Of a DNA stretch of 64,000 nucleotides, positions 18,713 to 28,341 are shown in pieces. The stretch is from Thermoleophilia bacterium (GTDB lineage Bacteria; Actinomycetota; Thermoleophilia; BMS3ABIN01): positions 5,955 to 69,954 of the forward strand of contig JACWAM010000018.1 in NCBI GenBank assembly GCA_014874265.1, written 5' to 3'. Every line of letters begins with the position of its first letter. The stretch's first letter is position 1. Both the position numbers and the translations under genes were made by a program. The notes beneath the pieces are model-generated. The model was given only the letters and a program-made list of their open reading frames with translations, was not told the DNA's origin and ran no database searches.

Positions 18713-19411
18713 TTACAGGAATGGAATGTCGTGCATGTGGTCGACCACGTCGACAGTCCGCAATTTATCGGGAGAAAAAATTGCTTCCCTCACGATGACC
18801 GGCATGTTTCGCCAGAGGCAGATTCCATCCTTGAGATATTTATCTTTCTGGCTATCATCGCAGTTGGCTGAGCAACTCGCGCAAAGCTCGTTTCCCGGCG
18901 GCCCAACTTTGTTTTTTGACGGTCGCTGTCCTTCATCGAGGCGCCGGCTGGTTTCCAGCAACAGATGCTGCACGTTAATTCGCGGCGAAAAAGGAAACAC
19001 GACCGGATGGCGCGGCACGACAAACTTAAACGTTCCGTTCACCCAGTTAGACAGCTCAAGGGTATTTTCGTAGGCTTGTTCAGTGATCGTCTGCGCAATG
19101 ATCTCCCGGTCAACCATGCCGCTTTTCATCAGGGTCAGTCCCAGAAACTCGCGCTTGTTATCCCTGAGCACCGAGGTAAGGATTATTTTTCTTAGATCGG
19201 ATTGGGAAAGATGACCGGCTTTCACCAGCTTGGCGCCCAGAAGATGATCGGAACGCGGCACAGAAACCGCTTCAACAAGGCCGTTGTTCAGATAAATAGT
19301 TGATCTTTCTTCATTGTCTTCAATCTCCAGCAGCCCGGATTTGTTGTAGCTTGCCAGGAGCTGGAGCACCATGAAGACAGAAAAATGACTTATCTTACCC
19401 CAGAGGATCAT
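18713..19411 (-). CDS. DUF4388 (PATAN-like) domain protein with GspE-N-like repeats
   Basis: LQLLASYNKSGLLEI...IYLNNGLVEA, then LGAKLVKAGHLSQSDLRKIL-type repeats. Confidence 0.5.
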   Translation of the reverse strand: MILWGKISHFSVFMVLQLLASYNKSGLLEIEDNEERSTIYLNNGLVEAVSVPRSDHLLGAKLVKAGHLSQSDLRKIILTSVLRDNKREFLGLTLMKSGMVDREIIAQTITEQAYENTLELSNWVNGTFKFVVPRHPVVFPFSPRINVQHLLLETSRRLDEGQRPSKNKVGPPGNELCASCSANCDDSQKDKYLKDGICLWRNMPVIVREAIFSPDKLRTVDVVDHMHDIPFL

Positions 19412-19538
19412 TGTTGCATGCGAGGAAATTTGATCCCGCTATAGTAATGATATCGGCAGGGCTGTCACACCCTGAAGCCGGGGAATGAAACCAGCCACCA
19501 GCCGCGTTTGAAACCGGCGGCGTTCCTCCCTCTTGCTC

Positions 19539-20474
19539 TTAGATATCGCACACCTCATCCATCGGGACGTGGTGAGGCCTTTCCTTGCATAAGTCTACTT
19601 CGCCGGCATAAACCTGGTTTTTGCCGAACTTCTTCGCTTTATACATACGGGCGTCGGCTATCTGCACCAGCCGGTCGGCCAGATCGGCATCGCGGCCGAA
19701 AGTGGCAATTCCAATCGAAACAGTGATGCTGCGCTTGATATTGGGATCGGCAAAGGTCGAGCACCGTTCCTCAATGCTGGCGCGGAGGCGCTCGGCTACC
19801 CGGAATGCGGTCTCAAATTTGCAGCCCAGGATCAGGGTAAACTCCTCGCCGCCGTAGCGGGAGGCGATGTCTTCGCCACGCGCCTCGAGCTGGATTGTCC
19901 GGGCTACTTTCTGGAGCACGTAATCGCCTTCCTGGTGGCCGAACTGGTCGTTGTATTCTTTGAAATCATCAATGTCGAGAAAGAGCACCGTCAGCCGCGT
20001 GCCGTCGGTTTTCAGATTGCTCACTTTATTGACCAGGTAAGTCTGAAAAAAGCCATGTGTGTAGAGATTTGTCAAATCATCGGTAGTGGATTGCCGTCTC
20101 AGTTTGAGGGCTTCCACGTGTTCCGTAGTGAACATATAGTAAAAGCCGGTAACGAAAAGTATCACGAAGACGGCCTCGATGGATTCGTATAACCCTTCGA
20201 TTTCAAGGCCGCCAAGTTCCCGGAGGGCGCCGATGACCTCGGCGATGCCGAAGGTCATGGCCGCCAGGCTGAGAAATAGCCATGATCTTTTTCTGATGTC
20301 GAGGGAGATGCCGGGAAGCACTCTAATGGCGAAATAAAAGGCAACCAGCGCCCCCGTCATGTTAAACACCTCAATCATTGCCGGAAAAAGCTCTTCCTGC
20401 CTTCCGGCCGCTTCGGCAACGTCGCGTCCGCCAAAACCCGCAAGCAGTGCATTTATGTGAAATAAAATACTCAT
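19539..20474 (-). CDS. membrane-anchored diguanylate cyclase (GGDEF)
   Basis: Motifs RYGGEEFTLIL and QEGDYVLQKVA after an N-terminal multi-TM region. Confidence 0.85.
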   Translation of the reverse strand: MSILFHINALLAGFGGRDVAEAAGRQEELFPAMIEVFNMTGALVAFYFAIRVLPGISLDIRKRSWLFLSLAAMTFGIAEVIGALRELGGLEIEGLYESIEAVFVILFVTGFYYMFTTEHVEALKLRRQSTTDDLTNLYTHGFFQTYLVNKVSNLKTDGTRLTVLFLDIDDFKEYNDQFGHQEGDYVLQKVARTIQLEARGEDIASRYGGEEFTLILGCKFETAFRVAERLRASIEERCSTFADPNIKRSITVSIGIATFGRDADLADRLVQIADARMYKAKKFGKNQVYAGEVDLCKERPHHVPMDEVCDI

Positions 20475-20537
20475 TTATTGGCGTTTTTCGTGGCTATGGC
20501 CTGTTTATCGGCTCGCCGGCCTTGTTTGTTAGTTTTT

Positions 20538-23009
20538 TTAAGCGCCCATCCTCATCGCTTCATCGTTTTGACCCTTTTCGCCGGCTGTAATCACGTTAAT
20601 GAAGGCATCGACAACCTTTGGATCAAACTGAGCGCCCTTATTGTTCACCAGCTCGCTCAAGGCTCGCTGGACAGACAGCGCTTTGCGGTAGGGCCGATCG
20701 GACGTCATGGCCTCGTAGGCATCGGCGACAAAAAGGATCCTTGCCCCCAGCGGAATCTCTTCCGCCACCAGGCCGTCGGGATAGCCGCGCCCGTCGTATC
20801 GCTCGTGATGATGACGGACAATGGGCTGTATCGGGAAGGGGATTCCCACCGGCTTGAGGATGCGCTCGCTCAGAACCGGATGTTTCTTAATGATGTGAAA
20901 TTCCTCCAGGCTCAGTTTTCCGGGTTTCCTGAGGATTTCGTCAGGTATGCCGATCTTGCCGACGTCATGCAGATAACCGGCGTAGCGAATCGTGACTACC
21001 TCTTCGCTGCTTAAACCAAGTGACCTGGCGATCGCTTCGCCGTAGAGCGACACTTTCTCGGAGTGACCTCTCGTATAAGTGTCTTTGGCGTCGATTGTCT
21101 CGGCGAGAGACCGGATCGTTCCCACGAATGCTTCCTGAAGGTCATTAAAGATGCGGGAATTCTCGATCGCGATGGCGGCTTCATTTGCGGCGGTGGTCAG
21201 CAGTTCGATCTCATCGGAATTCAGGAGGCGCGGCTCGGCAAAATAGATGCAGATGACTCCGATACTCTCGTCTTTCGCCATCAGTGGCAGAGCTACCAGG
21301 GATGAATAACCCTGGACGGAAGCCATGTGCTTCCACGGCTCATAACCCGGATCGGAGAGAACGTTTTCCACGAAAACCGGTCTTTGCTGCGAGAAGGCAT
21401 CGCCGATCGGACCCTTGTTTAACGGTATTCGCTGCTTCTTGTTGACAGCCCAGATGTACTCGGCCGACAGGTTAAAGCTGGCGACGATACTGAGAAACCG
21501 CCCGCCGGCATCGGGAAGCAGCACGGATGCAAACTGGGCTTCGATCAGGCTGCCGACGCGCATTGCCACCACCCTGATAACGTCCTGATAATTGAGTGTT
21601 GATGTGAAAGCCTGGCTCATATTGTGCAAGGCCGACAGTTCCTGGACGTGCCATTCCGTTTTTTCGTACAGGCGGGCGTTATCGATTGTCACCGCTGCCT
21701 GATCCAGCAGCGTCTGATACAGCTCGATCTTCTTTTCCGAGAGCGGTGTGCGCTCACAACTCTCGACTTCGCCCAGGATAACTACGCCAACGATTTCCTG
21801 CTTCGACTTAAGCGGCAGCAGCACTGCCGCGCGCGTGTCCTGGGTCAAGGCCCATTCTTTTTCATCGGCACTGGGAATAGAAGAAGGGGTATACTTTCTC
21901 AGTATCACGGGTTTTCCAGTTTCCAGCACGGAGCAATGATGTGGGGCTTCCTGCAGGCCGATTTTCTCGCCCAGGCCATAGTTCCATTTGATTTTCCTCG
22001 TGGGCGAAGCGGCTTTTACCGTCAGTGAGCATCCGTGTTGATCAAGCATAGCTATACGGCAATAAGAGACTCTTTGCGAACTGGCAATTTTGTCACATAG
22101 AGTTTGTAAAATCCTGTCAACCTTAAGCGTTGAAGAAACTGCTGCGGCTGTCTCGAACAAAAGGCCGACTTCTTCATCTCTGGTTTTAAGAGATAAGGCC
22201 AGTTTGCGGAATTCTTGCGCCAGATCGCCGAGCTCATCCCGGCGTTTTAACACTGGAGTATGTTCGTAGTCCTCTTCACTCATTTGACTGGTGGCTTTTG
22301 TCAATTGCTTGACCGGCTTGATCAGCATTCTGTTGAGGGCAAAGTATAGCATTATCACCAATGCCAGGAGCGACAGGTTGATGATTATGGCAAACTGTAT
22401 CTGTTGTGATCTAATCAGGTGGTCGCGTTCTGCCGTGTTTAAATAAATCCCGACAGAAGCGATAATCCTGCCGGAATGATCGTGAAGAGACGTGATTGAT
22501 TCTTCACCGAATTGTGTCAGTTTACCCGTGGTGAAATTTGCCGGCTGTATGGTTGCGCCGGTCATTTTTGCGGCAACGGCGCCGGTGGCTGCGGCTGTTG
22601 AAGGCGCCTGGCTGTTGCCGCTGAGAAGAGGGACGGATTCGGCGGCCAGGGCGGGTAAGCCCACATCTGCATGATCGCTGCTGGCAATATTGATAATCCC
22701 GTTTTTCCCGGGGGCGTAAACGGAGATGCGATCAATTTCATGGGCTTTTACCATGACCGAGTCAATCTCGCCCTGCATGTGCTGGGCCAGGGTCATCCCG
22801 TGCATGTAGACAAGGCTGGCTTCCAGGAAGCTGGAGATTGTCTGGGCGCTGTCCTGGTATCTTTTGTTGATACCATCACTTAAAAACCGGGAAGAATAGA
22901 ATGTCAGAACGGAGCCGATTACCAGCACCGCCGCGCAGATTAATATGGACAGCTTGCCCCGCAAGCCGATTTGGGAATTAAAGTTCAAACCTGCCCGCCC
23001 GGATTCCAC
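20538..23009 (-). CDS. HD-GYP phosphodiesterase with periplasmic sensor, HAMP and tandem GAF domains
   Basis: 823 aa with HDVGKIGIPDEIL...HHERYDGRGYPDGL at the C-terminus. Confidence 0.85.
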   Translation of the reverse strand: MESGRAGLNFNSQIGLRGKLSILICAAVLVIGSVLTFYSSRFLSDGINKRYQDSAQTISSFLEASLVYMHGMTLAQHMQGEIDSVMVKAHEIDRISVYAPGKNGIINIASSDHADVGLPALAAESVPLLSGNSQAPSTAAATGAVAAKMTGATIQPANFTTGKLTQFGEESITSLHDHSGRIIASVGIYLNTAERDHLIRSQQIQFAIIINLSLLALVIMLYFALNRMLIKPVKQLTKATSQMSEEDYEHTPVLKRRDELGDLAQEFRKLALSLKTRDEEVGLLFETAAAVSSTLKVDRILQTLCDKIASSQRVSYCRIAMLDQHGCSLTVKAASPTRKIKWNYGLGEKIGLQEAPHHCSVLETGKPVILRKYTPSSIPSADEKEWALTQDTRAAVLLPLKSKQEIVGVVILGEVESCERTPLSEKKIELYQTLLDQAAVTIDNARLYEKTEWHVQELSALHNMSQAFTSTLNYQDVIRVVAMRVGSLIEAQFASVLLPDAGGRFLSIVASFNLSAEYIWAVNKKQRIPLNKGPIGDAFSQQRPVFVENVLSDPGYEPWKHMASVQGYSSLVALPLMAKDESIGVICIYFAEPRLLNSDEIELLTTAANEAAIAIENSRIFNDLQEAFVGTIRSLAETIDAKDTYTRGHSEKVSLYGEAIARSLGLSSEEVVTIRYAGYLHDVGKIGIPDEILRKPGKLSLEEFHIIKKHPVLSERILKPVGIPFPIQPIVRHHHERYDGRGYPDGLVAEEIPLGARILFVADAYEAMTSDRPYRKALSVQRALSELVNNKGAQFDPKVVDAFINVITAGEKGQNDEAMRMGA

Positions 23010-23145
23010 CCGATTTCACCCTAAAATAGTTCCGGCAAGCGCCGTATGTTAGATAATCGGTAGCTGGCGGAAAGGCTTTAGCGCCAAACTTGGATTGGGC
23101 GCTCGCGCCGGATCCGTCCAGGGCTGGCGCCGGCGGGCAGGTGTT

Positions 23146-23535
23146 TTAGACTGTTTCTTTTTTTGCGTGACGGGCGCGGTAATCCTCGATTGCTTTTTGG
23201 AGTCCGTCTGAAGCCAGATTAGAGCAATGCATCTTTTGCGGCGGCAGCCCCCCCAGGGCTTCGGCAACTACCTTTCTGGAGATTTCCTGGGCTTCATCCA
23301 GCGTCTTGCCTTTGGCGAGCTCAGTGACCATGCTGCTGGTAGCAATCGCTGCCCCGCAGCCAAGGGTCTTGAACTTGACGTCGTCGATCCGGTCTTGCTC
23401 CTCGTCCACCTTGATGGTAATGCGCATAACGTCTCCGCATTGCGGATTTCCCACTTCCCCGACTCCATCGGGATTTTCGACCTCGCCCATATTGCGCGGA
23501 TTCTGGAAATGATCCATTACCTTTTCGGTATACAT
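23146..23535 (-). CDS. iscU: Fe-S cluster assembly scaffold IscU/NifU-like
   Basis: MYTEKVMDHFQNPRNMGEV...GNPQCGD...LGCGAAIATSS...HCS. Start chosen at the second Met of the track ORF. Confidence 0.85.
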   Translation of the reverse strand: MYTEKVMDHFQNPRNMGEVENPDGVGEVGNPQCGDVMRITIKVDEEQDRIDDVKFKTLGCGAAIATSSMVTELAKGKTLDEAQEISRKVVAEALGGLPPQKMHCSNLASDGLQKAIEDYRARHAKKETV

Positions 23536-23588
23536 ATTCCATCTCTCCTTTATCAAATGCTAATAAATGAACAATTGGCAATCATGAG

Positions 23589-24830
23589 TCAGCTCGCGGC
23601 TTCGCAGTCACATCCCTGAGAGGAGTTCCCCGCCGAGCACTTCTTATTGCCGCGCTTGTAGACGGGCGACATGCTCCTGAGCCGCTCGGCGACGGCCGCG
23701 ATAGTCTCCAGGGCATAATCCACATCTTCCTGAGTATCTGCCTTGGCCATCGTAATCCTCACCGAGCCATGCGCGAGCTCTGCCGGCAGGCCCAGCGCCA
23801 GCAGGATGTGCGATGGCTCCAGACTCCCTGACACGCAGGCGGAGCCGGTAGAGACATAGACGGGCCTGGCGTCACCGGCCGTCGGGTATGACAGCGACAG
23901 CATGATCGACTCGCCTTCTATCCCCTCGATGGAGAAGTTGACATTGCCCGGCAGTCGCTCGGTCCGGTGCCCGTTGATGCGGATGTCATCAATGTTACCC
24001 TCAACCCAGTCAAAGATGTGGTTCCTGAGTCCGGCAAGCCGCGTCGCCTCCGCTTCGAGAGAGTGGCGGGCAATCTCTGACGCCTTACCCATGCCGACAA
24101 TCCCGGGGACGTTATGCGTGCCGGCGCGACGCTTCTTTTCCTGAGTGCCGCCGTGCAGGAGAGGCGTTATCCTGACGCCGTGTCTGATGTACATGGCTCC
24201 GACACCCTTAGGACCATAGAACTTATGCGCCGATGATGAAAGCAGGTCAACCCCAAGATGATTGACATCGACAGGGATGTGTCCAACGGTCTGGGCGGCG
24301 TTTACGTGAAAGATCACGCCCTTTTCCGAGGTTATTTTGCCGATCGCGGTGATTGGCTGGATGGTGCCGATCTCGTGGTTGGCGTGAACGATGGAAACAA
24401 GCACGGTGTCATCCCGGATAGCGGCGGCAACCGCTTCGGGATTGACCACGCCGTCGCTGTCAGTAGGAAGGTAGGTTACTTCCCAGCCTTTTTTCTCGAG
24501 GTAACGCAGAGGCATCAGGATTGAATGATGCTCCGCCACATCGGTGATGATGTGCCGGCCCTTGGATTCCAGCGCGTCTGCAACTCCCTTGATCGCCCAG
24601 TTGTTGCTTTCAGTGGCGCCGCTGGTAAAAAAAATGTCCTTTTGATCGGCGCCGATCAGGTCCGCAAAACTCTGCCTTGCCGCATCGATTGCCTGTTTTG
24701 CCTGGGAGCCCATCGAGTAGAGAGTGGCCGGACTGCCAAATTTCTCTGAAAGCCAGGGCTCCATCGCGTCGATTACTTCTGGGTCCGCCCGGGTAGTGGC
24801 GGCGTTGTCTAAGAATATGGCGTTTTTCAT
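23589..24830 (-). CDS. iscS: cysteine desulfurase (IscS/NifS)
   Basis: 413 aa with the PLP lysine region SSSAHKFYGPKGVG and the SGSACVS active-site Cys loop. Confidence 0.9.
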   Translation of the reverse strand: MKNAIFLDNAATTRADPEVIDAMEPWLSEKFGSPATLYSMGSQAKQAIDAARQSFADLIGADQKDIFFTSGATESNNWAIKGVADALESKGRHIITDVAEHHSILMPLRYLEKKGWEVTYLPTDSDGVVNPEAVAAAIRDDTVLVSIVHANHEIGTIQPITAIGKITSEKGVIFHVNAAQTVGHIPVDVNHLGVDLLSSSAHKFYGPKGVGAMYIRHGVRITPLLHGGTQEKKRRAGTHNVPGIVGMGKASEIARHSLEAEATRLAGLRNHIFDWVEGNIDDIRINGHRTERLPGNVNFSIEGIEGESIMLSLSYPTAGDARPVYVSTGSACVSGSLEPSHILLALGLPAELAHGSVRITMAKADTQEDVDYALETIAAVAERLRSMSPVYKRGNKKCSAGNSSQGCDCEAAS

Positions 24831-24890
24831 TTGGCGTTTCTCCCGGTTTCACTCGGACCGGCCCCGGGGCCGGCAGAGCGTTTGTTTATC

Positions 24891-25565
24891 TCATACCCTT
24901 TTTCTGATCATGAATTTCATCTGGCCGCCGAATTCTTCCCGGCAGATAAACTCGTTTCCAGTCCCAGTGCACCATGCCGGTATATCAGCTTTGGAACCTT
25001 CATCGTCGGCCCACACTTCCAGGATCTCCCGGTGCCGCAAATTCCTCATCTCCTCCGCAATCCTGACAATCGGCAGCGGGCAGGAGTACCCAATACAGTC
25101 GAGCTTTCGGCTCGGGGTTTCGCCGGCCGCCGGGCCTGTTTTCAATCCCGGGCCGAGCCGGCCGGAGATTACATCTTTCAGGCTGGTTTTGCCCAGCACA
25201 TCTTCGCTCACGCTTTGCAGCCTTGACCAGACCCCGGCCAGAGTGCAGCCATCATGGAAATCGCAGCCATCAACTGCTCCTCCGGCGCCGCAACTTGTAG
25301 GAACAACCGGGCCTTGCAAAACATTGACGACCTTGAGCAGGCTGATTTGCTCGGGAGCCTTTCCCAGCAAATAACCTCCCGCTGGTCCCCGTGTGCTTTT
25401 CAGCAGGCCGCCACCCACCAAAGCCCTGAGAACCTGTGTCAGAAACGGCAAAGGTATCCGCTGCCGCTCAGCAATGCCGGTTCGACCAACCGGCTCGCTG
25501 CCTTCGCGAGTAGCAATATCTATCAGGGCCCGCAGGCCGTATTCGCTTTTTGATGAAATCAGCAC
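24891..25565 (-). CDS. Rrf2-family (IscR-like) transcriptional regulator fused to a C-terminal TusA-like sulfur-carrier domain
   Basis: Rrf2 N-terminus (V)LISSKSEYGLRALIDIA with Cys ligands SCGAGGAVDGCDFHDGC. C-terminus LDCIGYSCPLPIVRIAEEM...ILEVWADDEGSKADIPAWC...FMIRK aligns with E. coli TusA (CPxP motif). Start uncertain: GTG 25565 or ATG 25604. Confidence 0.65.
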   Translation of the reverse strand: MLISSKSEYGLRALIDIATREGSEPVGRTGIAERQRIPLPFLTQVLRALVGGGLLKSTRGPAGGYLLGKAPEQISLLKVVNVLQGPVVPTSCGAGGAVDGCDFHDGCTLAGVWSRLQSVSEDVLGKTSLKDVISGRLGPGLKTGPAAGETPSRKLDCIGYSCPLPIVRIAEEMRNLRHREILEVWADDEGSKADIPAWCTGTGNEFICREEFGGQMKFMIRKRV

Positions 25566-25869
25566 GGGATAAAGTTTAATAATGTAGACCGTGTGAGTCA
25601 ACATTAATCAGGCCATTTATACCCGGTGGCTTCATTGGTCAAACAGTTTACTGTCTGATAAGACAGCTAAATATAAGGGATCCTTATGTTGGAATAATGT
25701 GTTTTTTTTGCGGGTGATTTATCAATCGGCATGGCTGGGGGCTGATTTTGGCCCGGGGAAAACTCCCGGATTATCCAGTTCTTTGCCAAGGCCTGACGCG
25801 ATATTCCCAAAGCCGGGCCAGCCCGGAGTCTGTCCAGCAGTTATCCCGCTGTGGCAGGCAGAACTTTTG

Positions 25870-26652
25870 TTAATGGATGATCTTGAAAGCGCGGTCGAAA
25901 TTGGCGCTGATATACGCGGCCAGTTCGTCGATTGGTTCATCGCGGAGACGGGAAACCTCCTCGATCACCTGCCTGACCAGGGCAGGACGGTTAGGTTTTC
26001 CCCGGAAAGGCGTTGGAGCAAGGTACGGGGAATCAGTCTCAGTCAGCAGCAGTTCCGGCGGGATAAGCCGGACTGCCGCTTTTAACGCAGTTGCATTTTT
26101 AAAAGTGACATTTCCCGCCACTGACATGAAATAGCCGCGCCGGATGCATTCCTCTATCTGGACGACAAGCGAAAAGCAGTGAAGCACCACGGTGATGCCT
26201 TCGGCACGGTCTTTTAGAATCTCGAGGGTTTTGGCGCCCGCCTCACGAGTGTGCACCATTAACGTCAGGCCCGTTTCCCGGGCCAGCTCAATCTGACGAT
26301 GGAATGCATCTTTCTGGACAGACGGCGGGGAAAGGTTGCGATAAAAATCCAGTCCGGTCTCGCCAATAGCGACCGTACGGGGCAAACCGGCAAGCTCTCT
26401 TAATTCCTCAAACGCAGTGCTATCTAGCTTTTCGGCATAGTGAGGATGAACGCCAACGGACGCCCAAACCTTTTCATGACGTGCAGCGAGATCGGCCGCC
26501 GCCCGGCTGCTGGCCATATCGATACCCACCGCCAGCATTTTTTCGAGGCCGGCGGAAATGGATTCCTCGACTCCGGCGTCAAGGTCTGGCAGCAGGTCGA
26601 AATGTGCGTGCGCGTCGACTAATGCCGGCCGGCTGTCTGATCTACCGCTCAA
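25870..26652 (-). CDS. tatD: TatD-family metal-dependent hydrolase
   Basis: 260 aa, LVDAHAHFD...HCF...TDSPYL. Confidence 0.85.
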   Translation of the reverse strand: MSGRSDSRPALVDAHAHFDLLPDLDAGVEESISAGLEKMLAVGIDMASSRAAADLAARHEKVWASVGVHPHYAEKLDSTAFEELRELAGLPRTVAIGETGLDFYRNLSPPSVQKDAFHRQIELARETGLTLMVHTREAGAKTLEILKDRAEGITVVLHCFSLVVQIEECIRRGYFMSVAGNVTFKNATALKAAVRLIPPELLLTETDSPYLAPTPFRGKPNRPALVRQVIEEVSRLRDEPIDELAAYISANFDRAFKIIH

Positions 26653-26673
26653 CGCTTCTACCTATAAAAGCCT

Positions 26674-28197
26674 TTAACTTCGCTCGATCTTAGGGAATAG
26701 CGGTTCTCCGGCGATAACCCTGCCGCCGGTTTTAAGTCCGCCCCACAATATCCTCTGCTGCAATCCGCCTGTTTCCGTGGCTTGACCCAGGCGGCTGAGA
26801 ATCTCAGTCGATGTTTCCGGCATGAAGGATTGCAGTAGCAGGGCGCAGATCCTTAAGCCTTCGGCCAGGTTATAAAGAACCAGCTCCAGCCTGCTTGCGG
26901 CAGTTTCATCCTTCGCCAGCTTCCATGGCGCTTCATCCTCAATATATTTGTTGAGTCTTCGTACCAGGACCCAGATCTTTTCCAGGGCGCCGGTAAGATC
27001 TACGCGGCTCATCGCGGCGGTTACGTCAGATGTGACGGATCCGGCCAGCGAGGCAATATCCGACTTGGAACTCTCGGTTGCCGCCGGCACCAGTCCGCCG
27101 CCGAATTTTTCGATCATTGTGGTTGTCCGGCTGACCAGGTTCCCCAGATCATTGGCAAGTTCGGAATTATAACGGGCTTCGAGGCCTTCTATCGACACGA
27201 CGCCATCCTGGCCAAAGGTGACCTCCCGAAAGCAGTAGAACCGGAAGGCGTCCGTTCCGTAACGGTTGATGATGTCGAACGGATCAAGAACATTTCCGCG
27301 TGTCTTGCTCATCTTCTGCCCGCCCATGAGAAGGTAACCATGGATAAACAAGTGCTCAGGCAGTTTATTGCCGGCAGCCATCAGCAGCGCCGGCCAGATG
27401 ACCGCGTGAAATTTGAGGATATCTTTTGCCATCATGTGGTAACTTGCGGGCCAGAATTCAGGTGTAAGATCATGATCGCCGGCATACTCAAGCGCGCTTA
27501 GATAGTTCAGAAGGGCATCGACCCAGACATAAACAACCTGGCTTTCATCCCAGGGGATCGGTATCCCCCATTTCAAAGTGGCGCGGCTGATGCTGATATC
27601 TTCCAGCCCGCCAGTGATGAAGCTTCTGGCCTCGTTAAAACGGCTCTGCGGCTTGACAAACTCTGGATGTTTATCAAAATGTTCAATCAGCCTTGATTGA
27701 TAGGCCGAGAGGCGGAAGAAGTAATTTTCTTCCTCAACCTCATCGCAGACGGTGCCGTGGTCGGGGCACTTCCCCGCGAGCAGGTCCTTGGGCGCATAAA
27801 ATGCCTCGCAGGCGGGGCAATAAAGCCCTTTGTACGATTTCAAATAAATATCGCCGCGGTCATATAGTTTGCTAAGAAAATTTTGCACGGATTGCTCATG
27901 TTCGGAATCCGTCGTCCGGATAAAGAAATCGTTACTGGCGTTGACTCGCTGAGCCAGCTCCTGGAACCGTTTCACCATCTCGTTTACATGCTCCAGCGGC
28001 GACAGGCCACGGCGCTCTGCCGCCCGCGCCGCCGGATTGCCGTGTTCGTCGGTGCCAGTAAGGAAAAAAACATCATCACCCAACTGCCGGTGATAGCGCG
28101 CCAGAATATCGGCGGCAATCGTCGTATAGGCGTTGCCGATATGCGGCACATCGTTGACATAGTAGATGGGAGTTGTAATGTAAAAATGATTTGTCAT
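26674..28197 (-). CDS. metG: methionine--tRNA ligase (short form, no C-terminal tRNA-binding domain)
   Basis: FYITTPIYYVNDVPHIGNAYTT and KMSKTRGN motifs with a CPxC Zn knuckle. Start trimmed to MTNHFYITT. Confidence 0.9.
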   Translation of the reverse strand: MTNHFYITTPIYYVNDVPHIGNAYTTIAADILARYHRQLGDDVFFLTGTDEHGNPAARAAERRGLSPLEHVNEMVKRFQELAQRVNASNDFFIRTTDSEHEQSVQNFLSKLYDRGDIYLKSYKGLYCPACEAFYAPKDLLAGKCPDHGTVCDEVEEENYFFRLSAYQSRLIEHFDKHPEFVKPQSRFNEARSFITGGLEDISISRATLKWGIPIPWDESQVVYVWVDALLNYLSALEYAGDHDLTPEFWPASYHMMAKDILKFHAVIWPALLMAAGNKLPEHLFIHGYLLMGGQKMSKTRGNVLDPFDIINRYGTDAFRFYCFREVTFGQDGVVSIEGLEARYNSELANDLGNLVSRTTTMIEKFGGGLVPAATESSKSDIASLAGSVTSDVTAAMSRVDLTGALEKIWVLVRRLNKYIEDEAPWKLAKDETAASRLELVLYNLAEGLRICALLLQSFMPETSTEILSRLGQATETGGLQQRILWGGLKTGGRVIAGEPLFPKIERS

Positions 28198-28341
28198 GAC
28201 GCGGATCAACCCACGCTTTCTTGCTTGCCTTCTGAACCGGCACCACTATGAAAATACAAGCAGAGCCAAGCAATGGGCGGCACGAACGCTTTGCGCTATT
28301 ATTCACTCGTAGCGGATATATTAGCAGCTGCCGGTAATGAG

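Noticed and set aside
26674-28341. T-box leader or other riboswitch upstream of metG or argS.
   Set aside because: The metG leader is only about 130 nt with no specifier/T-box motifs. argS is directly coupled to the upstream DUF3006 gene.
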